From Trypanosoma brucei (Eukaryota), in assembly GCA_000002445.1 (NCBI GenBank), contig CP000069.1:992001-1056000 (forward strand): a DNA stretch of 64,000 nt. Reading direction: 5' to 3'. Made by a program: the position numbers and the translations under genes. Under the pieces are notes generated by a model. The model was not told the DNA's origin. It worked only from the letters and a program-made list of their open reading frames with translations, and did not search any database. Shown here piece after piece: positions 1 to 11,030 of this stretch; positions within the stretch are counted from its first letter, which is position 1, and every line of letters starts with the position of its first letter.

Positions 1-150
1 AAACGTTATAGAGAGGGTGTGTTAGGATGAATAATAAAGGGAGACTCTGCCACAGTCGCCAGACCGATAGCATCTCAGGGCTCTACGGTGATGGCTGATG
101 GCCGTGCCAGTGGGGGGAAACTCTCACGAAGGCACGAAAAAAAAAATTTT
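1..150 (+). mobile_element. 3' terminal ~135 bp of an ingi/RIME-type retroposon plus poly(A) tail (141-150). The element body lies upstream of the window.
   Basis: Bases 1-134 are essentially identical to 9497-9634, the 3' terminus of the full ingi copy. In both places the match is followed by an A-run. The flanks after the A-run differ. Confidence 0.7.
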
Positions 151-1611
151 TAAAGTCTATAGGCAAACCTCTACCCTGATATGGCTAATGTTATCCGCTA
201 AGAGATTTTGTTCGTGTCAGTATAAGCAGATGTCTCATGCCACAAGAGAATTTACGTATGGTTTTTGCTGCAAACAAACCAAATGATATACTTAAGTTTA
301 CGTGTTTTCTTTCTTATAATTGAAATAGATGACATTATTTTGTCCATCTTTTTTTCCTTTTCTACTGACCAATCGCCTTCCGTATTTCTCATCCTGATGT
401 CGAATATTATTCCTGTTTCCTCATTTTTTATTTCAGTAAACAGCAATTTTGCACAGCTATCACTCGACAAAAAATATGTTAATAATCTGAATAGTAATGA
501 TTATATTATTATAAGAGAACACATTCATGTACGCCACTACTTCTCCCAGTAACAACGATAATCATACATAACATTGTATGTGCGTGTTCACGCGTTTCTC
601 GTACATTATCATTTCTTTTGTTGTAATGTCCCTGTTTGAGTCATCTCAATTGCGAGTTATTATAACTCTGGTTGTCCCTCCACTATCTTTGTTTGGGGGT
701 GGTGGGGTGTGTTAATGCTCTTTGCATGTGGAGTGGGGATAGAGGAATAGGGCCCTGCTTATGTGAAGAGTGTGTGAAGTAAGGATGATGAGAGTTACTT
801 ATAAGGTGTGTAATTATTTTGCGTGTGGAAAATGGTCTAAATGAGGGTGCTGAGAGGGAAGGTCTCTAATTATTCTGGGACTGTTTTGTGTGCTAGCAAC
901 TAACATAATATTCCATCATGCCAACGTATAATGAAAGGTTTCATTAATAAGCTTAATTTTCTGAGATGGTGTTTTGAAACCCCAATTGTTACCTTTACTA
1001 GTGTGTTGTTTAGGAAAATGGAACGCAAGAAGCTGTGTATACATATAGAGAGGGAAAGAAAGAGTATTTCCAGTACGCGTATGAAAGGAAGAGGATATGC
1101 TGAATAGGGCTCAGTAGCAGAGTTGTGTTCATTGGACAAGGGTAACACGTGCGTGCAAATTAGGCACGTGATGTGCCAGCGAATTAAGCTATTAAAGTAG
1201 CAACTGGAGCCAATGGAGGACTTGGAAAAATAGCATAACGTGAAGGTGCAAGTACTCATGAGGAGAATGGATAAGCTTGTTATTGATGGAAGGTGCAGCG
1301 CAGCTCAGTTGGAGGTGCGGTTACTTGGCATGATGGTTAGTGAAGTTTTTTTTTTTTGAATCAAGAAGTTAGGGAAAATGGGGTAACCAACAGGAAAACA
1401 CCTGTGAGGGAACTCAATGTTGATATACGGCTTGAGGGGAGGGTTCCATACAACTCTGTGTGCTTTGGGATGTGCTTCCTCTTTTGTTGAATGCTGCTGT
1501 AGTTGGTTTGTGTCAGGCACTTATTAATTTCGATATTTTTATGTGTCTGTTTGTTGTGTCTGTCAATAACAACAACAATTGTTATGACAAGCTTTAGTTT
1601 TCTCCTCCTTT

Positions 1612-3019
1612 TTGGCTGATGAACGTATAGGCAAAATCACGATGAGGCACGAAGCAGTGTTTGCCATTGGGATGCTTGCGGCTGTTTTATCTCCTTCCTC
1701 TCAGGGTGATTTGAATTCTTTCAAATGGAGGACTGAGATGTTTGACTGGAGCCAGTTTGCGGATGATGTGGATGAAAAAGAAAGGCACCACAACTTTGGA
1801 GAGTTCGAGACACTGCAAGATTTACAGAATTACGCAGGCAGAGGCCCCACAGCCTTCCTTCAAGAATCGTGAAAAGGAAGGAGAGATTCTGAAGAATTTG
1901 GAGGAAATGGTCAGTGAGGCAGAAGCTGTTGGTGGCAATAAGGGCTCGAACAATTCATCTAACAGCACGACAGCATATCAGGAGATGAAGAAACTATTTG
2001 AGAAGGCGAAAAAGCTTAAGGAGCAGATAGAGGTGAATAGGACAAAAGCCTTGAATGCAAGTCGCTCTGCTGAAGAAAATATGTTGAAAGCTGTGTATGG
2101 CGATGCTGTGGATGTGGCAAGAAACGAGAATAAAACTCTGGAGGAAGCCATGAGAGGAAACAAATCACTGCTGTTCAATAGTGTCTACAATGCAGACACG
2201 AGCTGCGGTTCTTTTGGAGACAAGTTAGTCGGAAAGACTCTAATTAATGACTTTTTCTGCCTATGTGTGGGAGAGGCTGTTGATTTAATTAAGAAGTTCG
2301 AAAAGCCAAATAATCATGTATATAAATTAGATGTTCCCGATAGCGATGATAACAATATATATAATGGGTTAAATTGTCCTTGTAAGGATGAAATAAGGAG
2401 ACCTAAAAATGGTAGTTGGACTATGATGGCTGCACATTGTAAAGGTGACAGCAGCAAGTGCAACCCCGACAATATAAGATACAACCATACTGAGGCATGG
2501 GATGTGATTAGTAGAGCTTGCGTGTACAAGAATATTGCATCTAATGTGAAAACCCTAAAGAGTGCATTAGCTCAGTTTGATGCGTTAGTGAATTTGGAAC
2601 AGGGCGGACATCAGGTGAAAGGTATTCTTGGTTATGTGAAAACATTAAACAACGAAAATCGCACATGCACAGGTCACACTGCTGGGTTTACATGCGTCAG
2701 TTACAACTACACACTTAAAAATGGTGGAATTCCATGGTACAACCGCCTCACTAACGCCACCAAGGAACTACAAGAAATGGCGAAGTATGCCAAAGAGGCT
2801 GACAGCCATCTTCATGAGTTGGAAGAATTCCAACATGAGGCAGAGGAAATATTTCTTGAAGTGAAGCTAGGTGGTGATGCAGAGCTATGGAAGAGTAGCC
2901 GAGGTAGGGATGATGGTGAAAGTGGCAATGCTGAAGTAAATAATAATGGATTCAACTATATAGATATAACAACTGATATTTTTACATTAATGATTCTATA
3001 TCTTTTTTGTATATTTTAG
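1612..3019 (+). pseudogene. VSG-like (GPI-anchored surface glycoprotein) pseudogene with a frameshift.
   Basis: A true ATG at 1642 gives a signal-peptide-like N-terminus (MRHEAVFAIGMLAAVLSPSSQG). The reading frame switches from frame 1 to frame 2 around 1742-1872. The ~430 aa continuation is Cys-rich with many N-x-S/T sites and ends in a hydrophobic GPI-signal-like tail (DIFTLMILYLFCIF). It sits beside ingi elements, as VSG pseudogenes typically do in T. brucei. Confidence 0.45.
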
Positions 3020-5402
3020 TTTATTGGTACGTTACCAACATTGTTGTGTAGTGTTTCGATTCTTTATTGTTTTTATTTGGATGCGTTCTTTCTTTTTTTT
3101 TCGAGCCTGACGGTATGTGAGTTTAAAATAATTGCATTTGAATTTTTTTTTCTTTCCTTTGAATGAATAATCAATGTGGTATCACTTTTTCTTTTGTTGG
3201 AATGTGTGTCTTGTCGTTTTTTTTGCTGTTATCAAGATAGCAGCATTTTTTTTTTTTGAAAGCTCGCTGTCGATGCTACGACATCTTATGGGAGCTGAAA
3301 CTTTATGTAACTTTTTTTTATTGTGTATCATGCTGCGTTGTCAGTGTACTATTAGCTTGTTACTATCTGTGTCGGATAAAGCTATATTTGTCTTGTTAAT
3401 GACTTTTATAGGTTGGGTCGGAACTAGTTGTAAAAGACAAGTAGGCGTTACTGAAATTTTAATTTTCAACCATTCGCTATGGCTGTAAAAGCGTACTTGC
3501 GAGTGAAAGGCTTCTGCCTCTTTTTTTTTTTTTTGAGCCAAACGTAGAAGAGCATAGTGGAGTTTACAATTTTCATTCAGAGGAGTGGGCAGCTTTTTGT
3601 GTAGTCTATTCTCCTTTATAGGGGTGTTCCTCTCGAATGAAGAAAGTACATGTTGGAAGAGAATGAGGGGTTTCTCAATTTCTAGGAGGAATTGTGCAAG
3701 GTTCTTGGTGAACACTATCTTCTGCATATTTTTGCCCTCAAGCCCGAAGTAACTGCGGAGCACTTTAGGCTTGAGCGCGCGAGTATGTGGGTGGGATTCT
3801 CTTCGCATTCGTTGGAGTGTGTATGTTTCCTTTCAACGCAGATTTCATGTTTTTGATGGCGATGTATAGATGAGCCTGATGTTGATTGGGACGTCTTATT
3901 TCGGTTTACGAACGTGAAGTGTAGATGAAACCCTCTGACGTTGAAGCTCCGGAGCGGTGGTGGAGATTCTTTTGCTACGGAGAAGGGATGCTGTCTATGC
4001 ATTCCCCCGAAGTGCTCCATCAGGCTGTCTTTTGATACATGCGTATGACGGCATTGCGTGCAACAGGTGTCATTTAGACCTATAGTTACCGTGTTCCAAA
4101 TGAGGGATACCTCTTGTTCTGTGATGGAACGGCTCCGTTTTGTACCAGCGTTACTATCCAGGGGATGGCCTCTGCGGTGTTGAATCTTGGTGCTTGGTGT
4201 TGTTCCCCCTTTTGATTGTGATACAAAGCTGCATTGCCTGCATTGTAGCGGCTCAGATGTGCCTACTGGGTCGTGCACTGGATGCCCTCTCGTTTCCGTC
4301 GCTCGGGAGCCCTTTGTTGGAATACTTGCATTCTCTTCGAGTTCCCATTGCCTTTTTATTCCTCGCGACCCCGTTTGCGGTTGTACTTCGCAGTATTTCA
4401 TCCCGTGACTTATCACTAGTCCAATTTACGTGTGAAATATATAGCTGCGAGGTCCATATATCGCTTCATTTTCTCCAGAGGTTGAACTGGTGGTGTTATC
4501 ACTTTGTTCATTGGTGTTGGGTTGATGCGGTCGGTTTTCACTTTGTGTGCCTATCCGTTTCTCCACCACTGGAATGATGTGCTAAAGCTGACCTCTGCTC
4601 TTTATTCCATGACGCATTGTCGAGTCTCTCTGCTCAATCAATTTGAACCCACAGATTCCTCACTGGAGTGTGTTTTTTATCATATTCAGTGTGGATTATG
4701 GTTCCGCCAGTGTGGGGTGGAAAGGGACTGCCGTTGGTCATGTAGTGTTTCTGTGGCCTGCGCAATGTTAGTACACCTGCGCTCTTGGATTGAAAAAGCC
4801 ACGTTCTGCGCAAACCCATTTGTGCTGTTTGATATTTTCATCTTCTTTCCGCTTCTCCGACATTTCATCGTCTAACTTTCTCGTTTTGCCGTGAAGGCAT
4901 CGAGTTTTGTGCCATGTGAGCCCTCCTTTGTTTCCATAGGATTTGTTACAGACACTGAGCACATACGACTTCGGTGGAGGGGGCAGGGGTTATAAGGTGA
5001 ACATTCCACATCACCGAACAGCAGCATCTTAGTGTGGATGATATACTGCTGATGGCACGCTGGCACGTGCCCAGCGAACGACAAATGAAAAACGGTGTCC
5101 CAGCAAGACGCTGCTGATCCCTGTGTTGTATGATGCCGAGGCCGGAGCACAGCAGAGTTCCCCATGAAAGGAACGCTGCTGGCTCTTGGTTTCCCCCGAT
5201 GATGCGGGGTACTGGACTCTGGCACCACGTGGAGGTGGCCGGCATCGCCAGAGGGCATCGCTGTATTCTCCCGATACCGATCACCATCACATATTTTTCG
5301 ACGTTATCGTTGGAGACGACACAGACTCACTGAGCTGCCCGCGGCTTTGAAAACCCATGCACGCATAGCTAAAAGCTGACTGGAGGAATTTCCGTCTCAA
5401 GG

Positions 5403-7775
5403 TTGACGAGTTCTGCAGAAAAATTGGTAGAGAAGAATGTCAACACCCTGGAACAGAAATTGAGCTCCGCCATCCGCATTGCGACGAAGGTCTCCGTTCC
5501 CCGTGGCTGCAGAGCAACGCCACCACATTGGACACCTGCGCTCGCGAAACTCGATGAAGAGATCGCTGGATACGGACCCTCTCACCGAAGGGAAAAGTTG
5601 GTAGCCACGCGTAAGCAGATCCTGGACCGCACCACAAAGAAGAGATGGAGCACGCTATGCTCCAGACTTGCGGTGTCAGACCGCTGCAGTTGGCACATTG
5701 TCAAGAAAGTATACGCGCCACGACCACTAACCACACCGGCTGTACTTGTTGATAACGCGGCCATCACGGACTACCGTCAAGCTGAGAGGTTCAGTAAACT
5801 GTACTCATCCCGCGCAAGAAGGCACCCCGACTCACACCCACCGGCACACATAAAGACGATAGCGAGTGAGTTTAGTCTCATCACGATAGCTGAACTACGG
5901 AGATCGATCAAACTGCTACCGAGTGGATCCATAGCCGGACCTGATTGCTTATACAACGAGGCACTGCAACATCTCGGTAGAGCAGCGCTGAATGTTGTGC
6001 TGAGGCTATTCAATGAGAGCCTACGAATGGGAGCCGTGCCGTCTGCATGGAAGACCGGTGTTATCATCCCCATCCTGAAGGCCAGAAAAAAGGAAGAGTA
6101 CCCCGAATCTTACAGGCCTGTGACGCTCACGAGCTGTCTCTGCAAAGTCATGGAGCGCATAATTGCCGCAAGGTTTAGAGACACTGTTGAGTCCCAGCTG
6201 ACGCCGCAGCAATCAGGCTTTCGCCCCGGATGCTCACCGCTCGAACAACTCCTGCACGTCTGCGCTGCCCTCTGCCGTCCCACGCACCAATATCGTACAG
6301 GTGCTGTATTCGTTGACTACGAGAAGGCATTTGACACAGTAGACCACGACAAAATTGCGGGGGAAATGCACAGAATGAAGGTATCACCCCACATTGTGAA
6401 GTGGTGCGTATCATTTCTGAGTAACCGAACTGGTAGAGTGAGATTCAAGGAGAAGCTTTCCAGAAGCAGAACATTTGAGCGAGGAGTGCCACAAGGAACT
6501 GTCCTTGGCCCAATCATGTTCATTATTGTCATGAACTCGTTGAGCCAACGCCTTGCAGAAGTGCCGTTGCTGCAGCACGGATTCTTTGCAGACGACCTGA
6601 CGCTACTTGCGAGACACACAGAGAGGGATGTCATCAACCAGACGCTACAATGCGGCCTAAACGTGGTGTTACAGTGGTCAAAAGAGTACTTCATGTCTAT
6701 CAATGTAGCGAAAACAAAGTTCACACTCTTCGGGTGTATAGGGCGCCACCCCCTTACATTGCAACTGGACGGCGAAAGGATAGGAGCTGACAGGACACCG
6801 AAGCTTTTAGGAGTAACATTCCAGTGTCTGCAAGGGATGGCAACACATGCGACCGAAACGAGACGCAAGATGGACTTCCGACTACTGCAGATAACAGTCA
6901 TCTCAGCTTCTATATGGGGGCCAATACGACAAGTGCTGAGAGCTTTTTATCTAGCACTCGTACAGGCACGCACCATGTGTGGCATTGAGGTATGGTACTG
7001 GGACGCTTCGGAACGAAGTCGCGACCTCCTTGCAGCAGCACAACACAAAGCCAGTCGAATCATAGCTGGCATACCGCATGGGACGCGCAAAGAGGACTCT
7101 CTGCTGGAAGCAAACCTCCTGCCACTCAAGACGACCACTCTTGTGCGCAGCATGAAATTCATGCTGATGTGTGAGTCACGAGGCGGATGTTTGCGGCGCA
7201 GTGCTGAGGAAGTATACCACAGCAAACATCCAGTCAGAGCCCTACATTCCCGCATCATGCGGTCCTACCCCCACCTCCGCATTGAGCCACGCGAGCACCC
7301 ACTAGAGACATCGACGCTCCGCCACAGCTGCCGACCGATATTTCACACGCAGATAAAGCCTGTGTGCGCTGATGACCCTGACGATGTCAAAAGGGAGGCT
7401 CCCGAAAAGTGGATTGAACGGCATTTTGCACGGAGGGGGAAGGAGCCACCGCGACGAGAGCACTACGAATTGTGGACTGATGGATCCGTGCCCCTCGGTG
7501 AGAAGTCCGGATCAACTGCCCTGCTCTATAGAAACAACACGCTGATTTGTGCACCCAAGACCGGAGCAGGGGAACTCTCATGCAGTTACAGAGCGGAATG
7601 CGTAACATTAGAGATAGGACTGCAACGGCTGCTGAAATGGCTTCCGGCATACAGAAGCACATCGAGCAGGTTGTCCATCTTCTCTGACTCGCTGTCAATG
7701 TTAACAGCACTGCAGACAGGCCCCCTAGCCGTAACGGACCCAATTCTGAGACGACTATGGAGGCTTCTGCTTTAA
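5403..7775 (+). pseudogene. Reverse-transcriptase ORF fragment of ingi copy 1.
   Basis: A 790-aa ORF with RT domain motifs (SGFRPGCS, VFVDYEKAFDTV, FFADD). It is interrupted by frameshifts before the RNase H segment. The track start codon is TTG, not ATG. Confidence 0.8.
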
Positions 7776-7790
7776 GTTCAGAGAAGGAAG

Positions 7791-8234
7791 GTGCGTATCC
7801 GACTGCAATTTGCGTCCGGCCATTGTGGCGTGAAACGGAATGAGGTTTTCGATGAAATGGCCAAAAAGGCCGCTGATTTACCACAGTTGCGAGACGCATG
7901 GATCCCCGACATCATTGCTTATGCGAAGCGAGTGCTTAGGTCGGAAGAAGTCCATGAGAACACTCATAGGTTTGGTATCACCTGCAACCACTTTCCAACA
8001 AAACATAAAGAAGAACTGACGAGGGAAGAGGAAACGGCACTGGCACGCTTTCGGGTTGGAGTCTTCAAGATACTATGGATGGATGTTGCGAAAGATCAAC
8101 CCGAGTGTGCCTCCACAGTGCCGATGGTGCAACCCGCAACATGCAGCAATAGGGCCAACAATACAAACAGTCCCAACTGTTGCGACACGCACTCTTCAGA
8201 GAACCTCCGAACCAACCAAATGTACGGAATGTGA
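7791..8234 (+). pseudogene. RNase H segment of ingi copy 1 (frameshifted).
   Basis: Motif LQFASGHCGVKRNEVFDEMAKKAA. Confidence 0.7.
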
Positions 8235-9519
8235 TGCCACATACCAATACCTGTCGAATGCTGTAACGCACATGGTAAACAAACATGGCTTTGTGCGAGC
8301 TGATGCCCTCCGGAGGATCAAATACGGCGATGCAACACCCGCAGTGGACATCCTCCCGGAGACCCCTCCAGTGGTGGCGATCGTTTCTTTACCATCGAGC
8401 ATACGAGTCCTGATGAGACCGCAGGTGCTTTACTGTACCCTCTGTGCCTCCAAATTCGCAGTGCCAGGCCGACTATTACACCATCTTAGAACAATACATG
8501 GCATAGGCAGCGGTAGTTGCCGCGTGAAAAGGGGGCGAGAGAGCGAGGACTCAGTGCAAGGAGATGGTAGCGTCCCAGCAGCCCCAGCCCCTCAGGAAAC
8601 ACGGAAGCTGCCGTTTCAATGTGACCTGTGCGAGGCGAGCTTCAGTACACGTTCTTCCCTGTCACTACACAAGAAATTCAAGCATAAGAGCATAGTGACG
8701 GAGGACGGTACCGTGGTGGTGTTGCAATTCCCTCGTAAGCGTGCTCGTGAGGGAAACGTTGACGTGCCGGGGAAAGGCGAGGTGCAGTGTGGTGTGTGTC
8801 CAAAAGTGCTCAGTTGCAGTGACTCCCTCATCCGACACTGTAAGGCTTTCCACAAAGGTGAGGGAGTCGAGCTTAAATGCAGCAAAAGCACAAAATTGCG
8901 TGCCACTGATTCCCCGCATACAAATGCATCCATGTTGGTGCGCCCGACATGCGGAAGGCAGTGTGCTAGCAAAACTGGCCTCACCCTACATCAAAAGAAG
9001 ATGCACGGTATGAAGGTAGAGCGCGCTGTTACCAGCCAACGCGGCGACTGCGAAGAAACGTCGCTGCACCTGATGAGCTGTCCCGGTTTGAAGGAGTTAC
9101 GTGTCAGGTTTGCGGTAGAAGGTGAGTGTGTGCAGGATATATGTTTTTCCAAAAGGCTGGCGCAATTTCTCATTGCGGTTGAACGGAGCCGGCCGCAGGT
9201 GAAGTCCTCACCTAATGTAACAGTCATACAACCCACTCTCCCTTCTGCAACTTCCCAGCTTATTGCTGAGAGTGGAGCTAGCAGGAAAAGCACCGGACGC
9301 AGGAATAGTCCAGACACCCTCAGAGAGGGGGTATGCAGTCAACAAGCAACAGAAACAGAAAGAGGGGGAGAGAATAATAAACAAAGAACAAAATTCAAAA
9401 CAAAAGGATTGCTAATTGACATTTTTGTGAGAGTCCGGGGTGGGAGGCTTCTCGCCCCATCTGCTGTATTCCGTTTAACTGCGGAACTACAACAAAACGT
9501 TATAGAGAGGGTGTGTTAG
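8056..9519 (+). pseudogene. C-terminal C2H2-like zinc-finger segment of ingi copy 1.
   Basis: Multiple C-x2-C...H-x3-5-H units (CTLCASKFAVPGRLLHHLRTIHG, CDLCEASF...HKKFKHK, CGVCPKVLSCSDSLIRHCKAFHKG). Confidence 0.7.
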
Positions 9520-9568
9520 GATGAATAATAAAGGGAGACTCTGCCACAGTCGCCAGACCGATAGCATC

Positions 9569-10750
9569 TCAGGGCTCTACGGTGATGGCTGATGGCCGTG
9601 CCAGTGGGGGGAAACTCTCACGAAGGCACGAAGAAAATTCCAAAAAAAAAAAAATAGAGAAGCATATATCCTGCACACACTCACCTTCTACCGCAAACCT
9701 GACACGTAACTCCTTCAAACCGGGACAGCTCATCAAGTGCAGCGACGTTTCTTCGCAGTCGCCGCGTTGGCTGGTAACAGCGCGCTCTACCTTCATACCT
9801 TGCATCTTCTTTTGATGTAGGGTGAGGCCAGTTTTGCTAGCACACTGCCTTCCGCATGTCGGGCACACCAACATGGATGTGTTTGTATGCGGGGAATCAG
9901 TGGCACACAATTTTGTGTTTTTGCTGCATTTAAGCTCGACTCCCTCACCTTTGTGGAAAGCCTTACAGTGTCGGATGAGGGAGTCCCTGCAACTGAGCAC
10001 TTTTTGGCACACACCACACTGCACCTCGCCCTTCCCCGGGACGTCAACGTTTCCCTCACGGGCACGCTTACGAGGGAATTGCACCAACACCACGGTACCG
10101 TCCTCCGTCACTATGCTCTTATGCTTGAATTTCTTGTGTAGTGACAGGGAAGAACGTGTACTGAAGCTCGCCTCGCACAGGTCACATTGAAACGGCAGCT
10201 TCCGTGTTTCCTGAGGGGCTGGGGCTGCTGGGACGCTACCATCTCCTTGCACTGAGTCTTCGTTCTCTCTCCAACTTTTCACGCGGCAACTACCGCTACC
10301 TATGCCATGTATCGTTTGAAGGTGGTGTAATAGTCGGCCTGGCACTGCGAATTTGGAGGCACAGAGGGTACAGTAAAGCACCTGCGGTCTCATCAGGACT
10401 CGTATGCTCGATGGTAAAGAAACGATCGCCACCACTGGAGGGGGCTCCGGGAGGATGTCCACTGCGGGTGTTGCATCGCCGTATTTTATCTTTCGAAGGG
10501 CATCAGCTCGCACAAAGCCATGTTTGTTTACCATGTGCGTTACAGCATTCGACAGGTATTGGTATGTGGCATCACATTCCGTACATTTGGTTGGTTCGGA
10601 GGTTCTCTGAAGAGTGCGTGTCGCAACAGTTGGGACTGTTTGTATTGTTGGCCCTATTGCTGCATGTTGCGGGTTGCACCATCGGCACTGTGGAGGCACA
10701 CTCGGGTTGATCTTTCGCAACATCCATCCATAGTATCTTGAAGACTCCAA
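9569..10750 (-). pseudogene. C-terminal C2H2-like segment of ingi copy 2 (3'-truncated).
   Basis: 393 aa, near-identical to 8056-9519 up to the truncation point. Confidence 0.7.
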
Positions 10751-11015
10751 CCCGAAAGCGTGCCAGTGCCGTTTCCTCTTCCCTCGTCAGTTCTTCTTTA
10801 TGTTTTGTTGGAAAGTGGTTGCACGTGATACCAAACCTATGAGTGTTCTCATGGACTTCTTCCGACCTAAGCACTCGCTTCGCATAAGCAATGATGTCGG
10901 GGATCCATGCGTCTCGCAACTGTGGTAAATCAGCGGCCTTTTTGGCCATTTCATCGAAAACCTCATTCCGTTTCACGCCACAATGGCCGGACGCAAATTG
11001 CAGTCGGATACGCAC
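10572..11015 (-). pseudogene. RNase H segment of ingi copy 2.
   Basis: 147 aa, identical to the copy-1 segment. Confidence 0.7.
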
Positions 11016-11030
11016 CTTCCTTCTCTGAAC

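Larger units (their letters stand above)
5215..9659 (+). mobile_element. ingi-type non-LTR retroposon copy 1 (RT, RNase H, C-terminal C2H2-like domain, 3' tail, poly(A)). The 5' boundary is uncertain and the copy is likely 5'-truncated or degenerate.
   Basis: RT motifs are present, including the FADD box (FFADDLTLL). An RNase H segment follows (ASGHCGVKRNEVFDEMAKKAA), then C2H2-like fingers (CDLCEASFSTRSSLSLHKKFKHK). The copy ends in an A13 run at 9647-9659. Homology with the inverted copy begins near 5215. Confidence 0.8.

Noticed and set aside
1290-1345. tRNA-like D-arm motif (gcagctcagttggagg).
   Set aside because: No acceptor stem, anticodon stem-loop or T-arm (GTTCRANYC) could be built around it. 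Probably a chance or degenerate fragment.
4270-5215. Expected ingi N-terminal APE-endonuclease region upstream of the RT ORF.
   Set aside because: No endonuclease-like ORF was seen, and the mirror homology with copy 2 stops near 5215. The element was therefore annotated as 5'-truncated or degenerate rather than full-length.
4872-5290. Minus-strand ORFs of 114-128 aa at the 5' edge of ingi copy 1, and mirrored counterparts at 13169-13521.
   Set aside because: They are antisense to retroelement sequence and are mirrored only because the DNA is an inverted repeat. There is no evidence of function.
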